A stretch of 35,150 bases of DNA from Nemertoderma westbladi (GCA_032718475.1 JAUCBJ010008765.1:1-35150); one strand, 5' to 3'; shown: positions 11,473-23,136, numbered from the stretch's first letter. Program-made: numbers and translations. The notes: generated by a model not told the origin, from the sequence alone.

Positions 11473-12000
11473 AAACGCTGGCAGACTACCACCAAGCCTA
11501 AATAAACTACAGTATGTGCAGATTCCAAAATGGTTAGTTAGTATGCGTTCTAACACGGTAGTACGACTTATTCTTTAAGAGGGGATTGACCTTACAGCTC
11601 TGGCTGCCCCAACTTACTAACTGGCACTTTATCAGACAAACTCTACACACGCAGCAATCTCTTCAGACCTAATAATAGCTAGACAACAATCCAGCCTACA
11701 AAATATCTGAGTAATAACTATTACGGTACCTGAACAGACCACACAAACAAACACAGGCTAAAACGCTGGCAGACTACTATCAAGCCTAAATAAACTACAG
11801 TATGTGCAGATTCCAAAATGGTTAGTTAGTATGCGTTCTAACACGGTAGTACGACTTATTCTTTAAGAGGGGATTGACCTTACAGCTCTGGCTGCCCCAA
11901 CTTACTAACTGGCACTTTATCGGACAAACTCCACACACGCCGCAATCTCTCCAGACCCAACAACAGTCAGACAACAGTCCAGCCTACAATTATCTGAACA
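11473..12000. repeat. Two-copy tandem duplication (288-bp period) in the 5' leader of the LTR element
   Basis: aaacgctggcagactac...ccagcctacaa starts at 11473 and again at 11761; the copies are nearly identical over ~230 bp. Confidence 0.9.
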
Positions 12001-12172
12001 ATCTGAGCAGACTTACACATCTTCAGCTCAATATTAACTTACATGTAAATAAAACCGACAGAAATAAGTAAAATCTCAATAAAAAACCAGGGCTGCAGTC
12101 CCTGATTAAATACTAAGACCTACCGGTATACAATAATCAAAATCGAATAACACTAATGTACTTATACTGGAA

Positions 12173-12375
12173 GTACCGGTTAGGACAGTTGGGCCTACAG
12201 ACCTACAGCAGTACCGGTTCAGGCAGTTAGGCCTACGGACCTACAGCAATACCGGTTCAGGCAGTTAGGCCTACGGACCCACAGCAGTACCTGTTCTGGC
12301 AGTTGGGCCTACGGACCTACAGCAGTACCGGTTCTGGCAGTTGGGCCTACGGACCTACAGCAGTACCGGTTCAGG
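12173..12375. repeat. 38-bp minisatellite, five copies plus a partial copy, just inside the 5' LTR
   Basis: Unit gtaccggttcaggcagttaggcctacggacctacagca starts at 12173, 12211, 12249, 12287, 12325 and 12363. Confidence 0.92.
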
Positions 12376-12437
12376 TTTACCGGTCGACCGGTACTTTCAA
12401 CTTTATTGCTTACTGCAATAAAGACAATAACTGTTAT

Positions 12438-13629
12438 TGTACGCGCTTTTGAAGACCTTTAGCAGTTTAACCTGCCAAAATTTATATGTCTTTTGGTTTA
12501 TAAATAGACTTTAGTAAATGACAAGTATTTAATACCAATAAACACAACATTAGCCGAAGCCAGCCTAGTGCGCGTCCATTCACCCGCTGGATATACCCGG
12601 GAGACTGGATTCGGAGGGCTTAGATTGTTATTGCAGTGTAAGCTTACTGTATTATTCGATTGATCGTTAATAAATAATTTCTGACAAATATTATTCACTT
12701 TCGGGAAATATTAACAGTTCCTTTAGGACGTGGCGCTCTATCTAGGTAAACAGAGATATGACTTATACTAAACACAACGGTAAGTCGGTAAGGCTTATGA
12801 TTCACGTATGAGGCGCATTCTTTAGGAAATGCTTAGTTATCAGCCACAATCATGCACAACATCGGTACCACACAATACTGCACACTAATCTGCCGACCGT
12901 CAATGAATTTTATCATATATAAAGAGAACAGCAATTGACTCATGTAGTGCCTATCAAATAGCTTTAAACTCACTACAAACCACGATAATATAAGTCGCAA
13001 TCGCTATATGTAACCTGTCTCTCTAACCTGTAGTGTATCAAGAAAATTGGGAAATTTGGGTTCTTTATAGATGTTCTCCAAATAATAATATTCAACCAAA
13101 ACACAACAGTAAAAAGCATTAAGACGGTAGGGTAAGATTATAACAATATAAGATTGTACCGCTGCGCTACTGCGCTGATAAGACTGGACTGATAACAGTT
13201 ATACGCTCTATAATCTAAGCCTACTAATGTTTCTTCTAAAGTCTGAAACGAATTGACTCTAGAGCCGGTGTTCTTGGCCTAGATAGAAACAACACAACTA
13301 TCACAAGAAAAAACAGTAAGACCAAACACTCCTAGCACGATCTGTAGAATATCTCCCCATCGACAGTAAAAATCGCCCTGATTGGCTGTTAAGCTAAACA
13401 AAGAACCATGTGTCCAATGGCCGTTTCCATGCCAGCAAGCAGCTGTTAGATGTCGTAATCTGAATCATCAAGGCTACGCTGTGCTAGAGTATTTGACGCA
13501 TTGCGGGTTTTATGCCTTACCATGTCCGCCAAAGCACACATATAGAAGAATGACTTTTATGTCCGTTAAAACACCTATAACGGTACTTTGCGGGCGAGGG
13601 GACTGATTATATCCGCAAAAGCTTTTACA
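12438..13629 (-). repeat. 5' LTR (1192 bp)
   Basis: TG...CA termini; direct repeat of 1031-2222; lies upstream of gag on the minus strand. Confidence 0.95.
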
Positions 13630-14029
13630 CACTGTATTATTGTATTACTACTGTATTAATTCTTCTGTACTGCTGTATAAATGGATATACTACTATATAC
13701 AGTGTATTATTCCGTATGTGGTATGTCAGTATGAGCACTGCATTGTGCCACTACTGTGCGTGTGCGACTGTGGTGGTACATGGATGATAGGCATGGCAAT
13801 ACCAGTCTGACTGGATTAGGCGTTTCCAGTTAGGGACAAGTACTTTCGACGCCCTATTATTTCAGGGATTATAACTAAGAGAAATAACTGGCCCACTAAA
13901 TTTAGGGGCTTTGCAGCAGCTTAGCGGGTCGTATCTATAGTAGGTCATGGTTGTTGTGGGGCGAGCCACGAAGTTGGCGGAGCCTTAGCGAATTGACACT
14001 GTTAGGGGGTGGGTCAATTTATGCAAATA

Positions 14030-14095
14030 GTTGTCGTCGTCGTCGTCGTCGTTGTCGTCGTCGTCGTCGTCGTCGTTGTCGTCGTCGTCGTCGTT
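14030..14095. repeat. (GTC)n microsatellite
   Basis: Direct reading; about 22 units with a few GTT variants. Confidence 0.95.
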
Positions 14096-15134
14096 ACGAT
14101 TTTGACATGCTAATAACTTTGTCGGATTTAAAGCTGCCAAGTTGAAAATTTGTAGGTATCAATATGAGCAAAAGTTGAGATTTTTGAGAGACTTTCAGAC
14201 ACCATCAGTGCAATGGTCTCCCGCTAGAGGGCCACATGTCTAAACATTAAATGCCCTCCCATTTCTTTGCTTTTAATCCGTTTAAGCTGAAACTTGGCAG
14301 ATATGTATTAGACCATTAGCTGTGACTTTCAAAGGAGGCGAATCCATCTGCAGTTCTCCAGTCTGCCGCTAGAGGGCCAAAGGTCTGAAAGTGAAATCGT
14401 TGTCATCGTTACGATTTTGACATGCTAATAACTTTGTCGGATTTAAAGCTGCCAAGTTGAAAATTTGTAGGTATCAATATGAGCTAAAGTTGAGACGTTT
14501 GAGAGACTTTCAGACACCATCAGAGCAATAGTCTCCTGCTAGAGGGCCACATGTCTAAACGTTAAATGTCCTCCCATTTCTTTGCTTTTAATCCATTTAT
14601 GCTGAAATTTGGCAGATATGTATTAGACCATTAGCTGTGACTTTGAAAGAAGGAATTGAATTGAATTGAATTGAAGGCTAATCCGTGTGCAGTTCTTCAG
14701 TCTGCCGCTAGAGGGCGAAATGTTTGAAAGTGAAATCTTTCTCCCATCTCGTTATTTATGATCCGTTCAAGCTGAAACGTAGCAGATATGTAGTAGAAGT
14801 CGGCCTGAGTCTTTGGTGGGCAGTAAACGGTCTGGAGTCCTCCAGTCTGCCGCTAGAGGGCGAAATGTATAACTGTCCCCAATTCCTTGATATTAATTTA
14901 TTTAAAGTGAATATTGGCATATGTACTAGAGCACATGCTGCGTCTTTCTGAGGAAGGTGGTCGATCTGCATTTCTCCAGTCTGCCGCTAGAGGTAAGCGG
15001 AAATTCAAGACGCTGGTCACACTACTAAACGCATTATTTCAACATTCTCAAATATACGCTCCATAAATATTTCACGTTACTATTTTATTGATAATCAAGA
15101 TATAAACCAAGCGGAATTGGGGTGTAAACGTTAA

Positions 15135-15392
15135 GCAGACACCTGGTGCAGACACCTGGTGCAGACACCTGGTGCAGACAGCTGGTGCAGACACCTGGTG
15201 CAGACACCTGGTGCAGACACCTGGTGCAGACACCTGGTGCAGACACCTGGTGCAGACACCTGGTGCAGACACCTGGTGCAGACACCTGGTGGGTGCAGAC
15301 ACCTGGTGCAGACACCTGGTGCAGACACCTGGTGCAGACACCTAGTGCAGACACCTGGTGCAGACACCTGGTGCAGACACCTGGTGCAGACA
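15135..15392. repeat. 13-bp minisatellite (GCAGACACCTGGT)n, about 20 copies
   Basis: Direct reading; it accounts for the five overlapping repetitive ORFs at 15072-15521. Confidence 0.97.
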
Positions 15393-17864
15393 GTTAGGCA
15401 GACCGGTACTGAAATGAATTACACAATAGCCTACATTCGCAGAAAAGCCTTTCTAGAATTATCACTTATGACTACTTATTTGCGTGCATTTTTCACTGGG
15501 ATTGGCTGCGTGCGTGTCTAGCGTCGTCTCTTTGATTACGTTGAACCATTGGCAATATACAGAATGTTTTGATTGGGCCTATAGGACTAGGAACTTTGCG
15601 TGGAAGAATATAATGGTAGAAATCATAACAAATAATACTCATATAACTTATATTTCGGCAGTTCTTTTAAATATGTAAACCTCTACCGGACTGCTGATTC
15701 ATATACATTCCTAACATTCCACACCACATTCCAATAATATCCTAATACAGTAATACTTTCGAATTAGTACTTAAATTAAATTTAAGTCACGTGCTGCGCG
15801 AAGGCCCCACTTCGTGTTTATTTTATACACAAAAAAAGTGTTCTAGAACAATTTTGTTTGTTATTTGTTTAACTCTCGTGGAAAAAACAAGAGTATAGGA
15901 TATATATATTGTATGTATAGTCAGTCAACGTAGGTTAAAGAATAAGCAATTAATTATTGTTGGCTAATTGGAATAAGCATTCCCCTTTTAAATTACAATT
16001 TGCTAAAGAATATATTGCCTTACGCTGTGATCCATGATTTCATTTAAAATATTATTTTTTGAAATAATATATTGTATAACTACAATTAGAATGTTTTGTT
16101 TAGGACCTACCAAAAATATATCACAGAGTACACCCCTGGACGATGAATACTCCATTTCCTCTTATGACATCATACGAACTAAGAATACTTACATACCTAA
16201 TTAAGTATTTATTAAATAAAGTGGATTTAGTATTCAAAAATGTCATTATAGAGGGAATCATCTTTACAGAAATCATTTAGGAACAATGATGATAAATATA
16301 TATGGTAAAGTTAATACTAACCTTCTTTTGTGGTAGGTGTCAAGTAATATGTTTGATAGTGTGCATCTGCGTCATCTTTAATTGCATCTGTTGTCAAGGT
16401 AACCTGTGAAGGAGTGGTGTCTGAAATGCTATTTAGATGTCACTTGTTATTTTAAAGTATTGTATTGTAGTGACATTATGATTGATTGCTTTTCATTGAC
16501 ATAAATATTTTGTCATAATTTTGAAACAGAGTGGAATGAGATTAAAATGTTGATAAAGAAAAAGATTTCATACATGGGTATAACTTTGGTACCATATATA
16601 ACCGTTATAACAAAACAAGTTTCGCTCTCAGTATACCAAAATTTTCCAAAACTAATATTCAACAACATGTGACAATTTGTTTTTAAAATAATTATATTGT
16701 TCTAAAATGGTAGCTATTTTTCTAAAACATGCCAGTTTTAATTTAGCAGCGCTCCCATGGCAACAATAATTATATTCCAGAATTTTATGACACATTTAGA
16801 ATTGTTAGGCCAGTAGCTATCTTTTTCAGAAGACGCGAAGAATTTATATTGAGTTCTTAAACTACTACAGCATGTTCGTTATTTTGCCATTTCCATTACA
16901 ACCGGTGATAACACCAAGTCAGCTACCGATTCAGATTTGTTATCATATCAAAATAAATGGCCAGAAGCTAGGTCTTCCCAAAAATATAAGTTCCGGGTGG
17001 TTACCAAAAAGTATCCCCTATGCTGGCTGCTGGCTGCTGGCCGATGGACTAATGTTTATACAGGGCTGAGCAGTGCAACTTTGTTGATAAGCCGCCCTAG
17101 CATTCTTGATGCACGCTGCATTACGTTTGACAATTGTGGATTACATGGTGGTGACAAAATGTTTTTGTTAAGCTGGCTTAGCATCTCAATGTTCAGTTTC
17201 ATTGACATTACATTATTAGTGACATTACAAAAATTAAGATTTTATTTCATTTGAGCTTTTATGTTTAAATAATATTGGGAAATGCTTTTATGAATTTAAA
17301 ATGAATGAATTTTAATATTAAATACTACCAGTAAAACTTTATTATTATAATCTATTCGATCAGAAAAGGAAAAATCAAGGAGAGAATGGTGTGTAAAACG
17401 ATTCCTTATACAACATTATTTCCACTCTAAATATATGTAGGTATACTGCTAATCGTATATATTTTTTTCATTCACCTGACAATGAATCGTTTACTAGTCA
17501 GATAATCCTTACATGATTTCACCCAATTTCTCCATTCCTTGCAGCGTTTGGAACACTTTAAACCTGCCTGCCAACTGAGTATAAACCTTTAACACTAGTA
17601 GTTCGACCCATCTTTGCATTCCTTAATGATTTCAACGTCCAATCAAATAATAGCTCATTAACCAATCCCAGGGCTGCAGCCCGGGCATATCAGTTAGCAA
17701 ACAACAAAACTCTATTTCAATATCGGTGACATTTGGATGTACAGTAGTTATTTTTGATGTTGAAGTATAACAATGAAAACACAATAAATAACAAAATACA
17801 TTCTCACACAAGTATCATATAGATTTCCTATTCGGAATAATACTAATTATTCAGTTTTCTATAC

Positions 17865-18445
17865 CGACAGTATTGTTTGGCCTTGATTTCTGCTTTTTTT
17901 TATGTAATAATATTTCAGATAACAATCGTGATGTAAATAATCTTCTAGTAAACATTATACAGTTAGGACATATCTGTTTATACAAACAATATTTAATCTC
18001 CTTACAGTTGTACAGCTGTTATTGTTTTGTAACGTTTGCATGTATAAGCTATGAAATGTATTTTCAGACGACATAAATAATTCTTTTTTATTTGTTCACA
18101 TTTGCAAACTGGACAATTCAATAATTTTTCCAAATCAAAATAATAAAGTTTAATATTTTCACCAATCCAACATTTAAATCAGTCTGGGAATTCAGATAAC
18201 TGATAATTGTTTTATAAATAATCTCATAATAAATATTAAATGTTGCAGCTGGACTTGTCTGGTTATAAAAACAATATAATTTATTTACAGGCTGTTATTC
18301 TTTTTTTACATCTGAACATCTCTCCATCTGATGATGAAATATTGCATTGGAAACATGTACAGTATAACTAATGAAATATGTCTTTAAGTGTTGTAAATAA
18401 TTTAGTTTAGATGTTTCACCATTACACAATGAACAATACTTTATT
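17865..18445 (-). pseudogene. Two tandem, degenerate, paralogous small zinc-finger ORF remnants
   Basis: Minus-strand translations KYCSLCNGETSKLNYLQHLKTYFISYT (from ~18441) and LNCPVCKCEQIKKNYLCRLKIHFIAYTC (from ~18121) align with each other. Stops and frameshifts follow. Confidence 0.55.
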
Positions 18446-20582
18446 CAATATTAGACAAAGAATTAAAACAATAAATATGAATTGTTATATTAATTACAAT
18501 ATAAATAAATAAAATATACTACCGGTATCACTAATATAGAAAGTTTAATGTTTTCAAAATGAACTCTTATTGATACAATTTAACCATTTATATAGATCGC
18601 TTAGGATCACAACTGAAATTAAAAATGTTAAACCAAATCGCAGCTATATTAATAACTGTTGCAACTATAGAAGAAAGTTTATTTGACAAAGTGAATAATA
18701 TCGTAAACAAACCAAAGTCATAGAATCATTGAAGTTCTACAATTGGTTTAATATATTACTGAAAAATACACTTGAAAAATTTATTGTATAATTACCACTT
18801 AAATATTTAAACAATCCTATTCTTATTTATATATAACTGGCACCTTTACATGAATGATTTGTACTAAAAATTACCTTTTGTCCTATTTATATATAGTAAT
18901 GTTTGAAATTATTAACCACCTTAAAATATAAACTAGTTTATAACAGTAAATATCATTTCGTTGTTAATTTTATTCATATAACTTAAATTGGTGGTCAGAC
19001 AGGTGGAGAAATAGGAAATAATAATAATAAGTCACCTATCCCATGGCTGTACTTGGAATTGTTCCCAAGTAATGGGAAATCAATCTTCGAGAGGAAACCT
19101 CTCGAAGTTGAAGAGTCTGTCTTCCACGTTGGCTAAATATTCTTGGAGGAGATACTCTTCTCCCAACCATTCCTTGGGTTTGTCAACCTCTCTACTTGAT
19201 CCCATTCATGTTCCAGCGCGCTAACTCCGTCTCTATCAATCGATTTTCCTCCTCCACTATCTCCTCTTCCTCCTCCACTACCTCAGATCTTCTATGATAA
19301 AACAAAAAAATGAATTTTAATAAATTTGATTTTGATGTAGAACTAATGTGTAACACAGTTGGGGTTGTTTCCTTTAAGACCCCGCACTCAATATTTTAAT
19401 TGGATTCTTGGTTTGGAAGTTCATTTGAATGGTCAATTGAAAAAAACTGTATACTGATACTTATACTGTGAAAAAACGACCATTGTTTTAAAGAAGGTCC
19501 CTAGTTGGCCTTACCACGGCAATCGCCTATTAATTACTAAATTATTAATTGCTAAATTATTAATCACTAAATTTATAGACCTATTTATTATTGCCATTGT
19601 GGTATTAGGCCCCCTAAGCCTAATAGGCTCTATGGTGCACCCACCTGAAGGTTTGGGGAGCCCCACCGGAAACCTGTCTCTCTCTGTAGGAGGGGGTCTA
19701 TATCGTTCGCTACAGTTGGGAGGTTTGGATGGTTTATTGTTGTGTTTACATCCACACTTACACCTGCAGCACACATTTCCATGACATCACCACCCCCTTC
19801 TGTCGTTAGGTTTAGGATATTACGTTCACCAATTTCCCACGCAGGCCGTTGATATTATAAACTAAATAAACAAAATTAAATTAAATATCAGTAACAATGA
19901 GTTTGGTCTGTGACACAGCGAGCTGTACTGTACTGTTTGTTATATTGAATATAAATTCGGTTTCCGAAGCAGCTGAGCTTTTCTATTTATTGGTATATTA
20001 TATTGGTTAACCGAAGCGGTGTCATCTTACAGATAGTTTAAATTAAAATCATATTGGATTCCAATGTACTGGAACGTATATGGATGATATAATAAGCCGA
20101 TATAACGCGATATAATAATTTATAATAATAAATAAAATTACCCAGGGCCCCTCTCGGGAATCCACTAACGGTTATTCTAACAAAGGATAAATAACAAATA
20201 ATATAATAGCAAACGAAAATATTAGATATTAAAACATTATCTATGTGAACTACAATTATGTAACTATTGTAATAGCTTCCTCGTTTAATTTAGGTGAAAA
20301 TATAAATAAGCTACGCGCGTTAACCGTGTCTGACGACAAATTATTCCAAATTTCGAACAGTATGATTTGCAAAACAAATCTTAGTTACTTGTAATCTATA
20401 TCTATTCATAAAAAGTTTAAAGTTATGACCACATGTGCAATAATTATTGTCACTTGATATCTTAAAGAAAGAATTATGCTAGAGCATATACTGTATATAG
20501 AGCTATAGGTTATTGTGTATCTGGTAATAAAGTTGAAATCAGCTTTATTACCTGATTCTCAGGGGAGAACCAATACCACGAT

Positions 20583-20984
20583 TAGGGTTCAACAGAAGGC
20601 ACTTTATGGGGCCGAACCGAACCGAACCGAAGCAGTGCAAACTTCGGGCCGAACCGAACCGAATCCGAACCGAAGTTCAGAAAGTTTGCAAATTGTGGTC
20701 ATAAATTCGTATTTACCAGCTTATTCGTCAAAAAAAAAATAAGTACTACAAAGTAAAATGGCAATAATTAGCCTAACCTAAACTACATACTGTATAATTT
20801 TTAAGATAATTTTGAAAACTACCCAAGTAAACCGGAAACAATAAAAAAAAAACACAAAAATATTACACTTTCAATGGATGTTTAATTCAATATTAATGGG
20901 TACTGTAGGTACTTCCAATTGCAGAAGCCGAACCGAACCGGAATGGCCAAGCTTCGGCCCGAACCGAACCGAACCGAAGCCGAA
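20583..20984 (+). mobile_element. Left part of a hAT-like MITE with CCGAA(C) subterminal repeats, cut off by the Maverick terminus
   Basis: Starts TAGGG at 20583. Clusters of ccgaaccgaaccgaa at 20612-20674 and 20928-20984, the last abutting AGTAGT at 20985. No right end found. Confidence 0.55.
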
Positions 20985-21674
20985 AGTAGTAATGGTTTGC
21001 CCATTTCGGCGACAGTTAGTCCTACTTCGCACCTTGGGTGTTAAGTAGGTCATTAATTAATTAAAAAATTAATTAATTGGTCGATTAAACAATTAATTAA
21101 TTGTTTAATCAATCGATTTGTATCAAATAATGTTGCCAAAGGCAATTTAATTTGATAAAAATCAATCATATAGGGACGCGAGATGAATAAATTGTACTAC
21201 AGCAAATGAAATATACAATACAATAGGCACTGTGCAATACAATATACAGTACATTTGTATTATTTTTGTCGTACAATAGGTAAAGGTAGAATGAAATATA
21301 AAGCCGCGAGCGGGGCCCAAAACATAAATTACCCTTTCAAGAAAATAAAATGGACCAGTTTGGCCCTGGTTCAATCCCTCAATAATCTGCGGCCGTTTGG
21401 GCTCTTATTAGACGTAGCATGACTAACCCCATCATTGAATCCTATGTTGAGTTATACTGCATGTCAACGTTGGGCTGCCACACATTTTAAATTATTTAAA
21501 TTATCATTCGTTATCATGTCAGACCATTGTCAATTCGCCAGAGAAATTAGAATAAACATCTGGTCTTGCAATAGATTGCATTCTTTCGCATTGTGTTGCG
21601 AAGCAGTCCGCGCATTAGCTCAGTAGATACTGCAGTTTTATGTTTGAAGTAATGCATAACCCCTCGTGCTTGCC
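20985..21674 (+). repeat. Left TIR of Maverick 1 (~690 bp)
   Basis: Inverted copy at 28343-29048; diverged direct copy from 29251, with similarity extending to ~21801/30106. Confidence 0.85.
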
Positions 21675-21802
21675 ATACCATGCCTAAAATATTTGTTCAG
21701 ATACTCTAGTATAACATTAATTAACATACTCATTCATTACACGCACTTTTCTCCAGCGCACTCCCTGCTTTTCAAATCACCCCATTTCCCATCCTAACTA
21801 AC

Positions 21803-21916
21803 CCACAGCCACAGCCACAGCCACAGCCACGGCCACAGCCACAGCCACAGCCACAGCCACAACCACAGCCACAGCCACAGCCACAGCCACAGCCACAGCC
21901 ACAGCCACAGCCATAG
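21803..21916. repeat. (CCACAG)n hexanucleotide microsatellite
   Basis: Direct reading, about 19 units. Confidence 0.95.
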
Positions 21917-22167
21917 CCTCACCTTCACCCACTTTATTGTCAAACAGCCTAAGAAAATTATAATAAACATCTGGTTTACAATAGATTATTCTTTTTTCAC
22001 AACTCCATTCTAGCCTCCCTCTATAATAGCCCCCATTCACCGCATTCCCATTCATTCTCTAATTTTATTTTTAAAAGTTTTATTTATTTTCATAAAAGTT
22101 TTATTTATTTAAAATTTTGTAAAATCATTCAGCGAAAATTCATAATATCAATTGACATTGCTATATA

Positions 22168-23136
22168 ATGCCTAGTTATGAAAGATGTTTGGTTTGTAAT
22201 AAAGAAATGAGACAAGACAATCTATCTCGTCATATGGAAACACATAGAAAGGATAAACTAATGGATCCATTACCAAAGAAATTTAAAAAATCCGAAGATA
22301 TTTTTAGTGAAGAAGAAAAGAAAAAGAGAGTTGAGCGTGATATATTAAAGATAAAACAGACAATGGAAAATAAATTTCATAAAGTTATGAATATTTTGAA
22401 AGGGATACAAAAACAGTTACCCCTAGAAAATGATGAGAATTTGAGTGAGAAAGATGAAGAAGAAGAGGACGATGAGATGGAGAATGAAAATAGTGAGGGT
22501 CAAGATGAAGTTGAAGAGAGTGAGGTTGAGAACGAAGTGAGTGAAGGTCATGAAGATGACGAAGAAAGTGAAGGTCAGGAAGAGGGTGAAGAAAGCGAAG
22601 GTCAGGAAGAGAATGAAGAAAATGAAGAACAGGAAGAGGATGAAGAAAGTGAAGAACAGGAAGAGGATGACGAAAGTGAAGGTCAGAAAGAGGATGAAGA
22701 AAGTGAAGGTCAGGAAGAGGACGAAGAAAGTGAAGGTCAGGAAAGTGAAGAAGATGATGAAAATGATAATAATAAGGAAATATTGAGACAATTACTTGGA
22801 AATAAGAATAAATTGCGGAAAATTATTAAACATTTAGAAGAGAATGATGAAAATAAAGAAGAGATATTGAGACAAATATTAGGAAACAAAAATCAAATGC
22901 GGAAATTTATTAAACAAATGGAAGAAAACGAGGAAAATAGAGAAGAGATATTAAGACAGGTTTTGGGAAATAAAAGTAAATTATTGAAAATTAATGAACA
23001 ATTGAATAAAATTAAGAAACCGTTGGTTAATGAGGAAGATGAAAGTAAAGAAAATCAACCAGCTTTTACTTATTTTCGAAGACCTATGACAGCAAACTCT
23101 CGTACAGTATTTGCCCGCGCAGGCGGACGCTATTGA
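22168..23136 (+). CDS. Maverick accessory protein: N-terminal C2H2 zinc finger, long acidic repeat tract, three helical repeats
   Basis: Intact 322-aa ORF. CLVCNKEMRQDNLSRHMETH; KKFKK NLS-like motif; ~10-aa EESEGQEEDE-type repeats; EILRQxLGNK three times. Confidence 0.85.
   Translation: MPSYERCLVCNKEMRQDNLSRHMETHRKDKLMDPLPKKFKKSEDIFSEEEKKKRVERDILKIKQTMENKFHKVMNILKGIQKQLPLENDENLSEKDEEEEDDEMENENSEGQDEVEESEVENEVSEGHEDDEESEGQEEGEESEGQEENEENEEQEEDEESEEQEEDDESEGQKEDEESEGQEEDEESEGQESEEDDENDNNKEILRQLLGNKNKLRKIIKHLEENDENKEEILRQILGNKNQMRKFIKQMEENEENREEILRQVLGNKSKLLKINEQLNKIKKPLVNEEDESKENQPAFTYFRRPMTANSRTVFARAGGRY

Larger units (their letters stand above)
1031..13629 (-). mobile_element. BEL/Pao LTR retrotransposon, non-autonomous (pol internally deleted), recent insertion
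   Basis: Two 1192-bp direct LTRs, 5-bp TSD CACTG at 1026-1030 and 13630-13634, and a BEL-type gag-protease ORF on the minus strand. Confidence 0.95.
317..13949. mobile_element. Non-autonomous TIR DNA transposon (MITE), P-superfamily-like; about 1.03 kb once the nested LTR element is removed
   Basis: Near-identical inverted repeats at 317-447 and 13828-13949, with termini CATGACC...GGTCATG. 7-bp direct repeat GTTGTTG at 310-316 and 13950-13956. CAT termini with a 7-8 bp TSD are typical of P elements. Confidence 0.8.
13957..15852 (+). mobile_element. Non-autonomous Helentron/HINE-like element with a microsatellite and ~150-bp core repeats (boundaries approximate)
   Basis: 5' gtggggc...cacgaagt is inverted relative to gccccacttcgtg near 15804-15816. 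Then a (GTC)n tract, tandem core repeats with a 315-bp higher-order duplication (14091/14406), and a 3' palindrome tgttctagaaca. This modular layout is typical of DINE-1/HINE/pearl-like elements. Confidence 0.55.

Noticed and set aside
12173-12375. 38-bp repeats as a CRISPR array
   Set aside because: Head-to-tail units with no unique spacers, no cas genes, eukaryotic LTR context.
13951-14145. Arg-rich protamine-like ORF
   Set aside because: Translation of the (GTC)n microsatellite.
15072-15521. Five overlapping repetitive ORFs
   Set aside because: Translations of the 13-bp minisatellite.
16100-17760. Possible host exons (16104+, 16872-17254, 17510-17690)
   Set aside because: No consistent splice chain or recognisable domain.
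21162-21626. ORFs recurring at 28750 and 29622-29872
   Set aside because: They lie in Maverick TIR copies and the frames are not conserved between copies.
21798-22055. ORF with poly-(VA) hydrophobic tail
   Set aside because: Translation of the (CCACAG)n microsatellite.
22423-22791. Phe-rich antisense ORF and Lys-rich alternative-frame ORF
   Set aside because: Shadows of the acidic repeat region of the 22168 gene.
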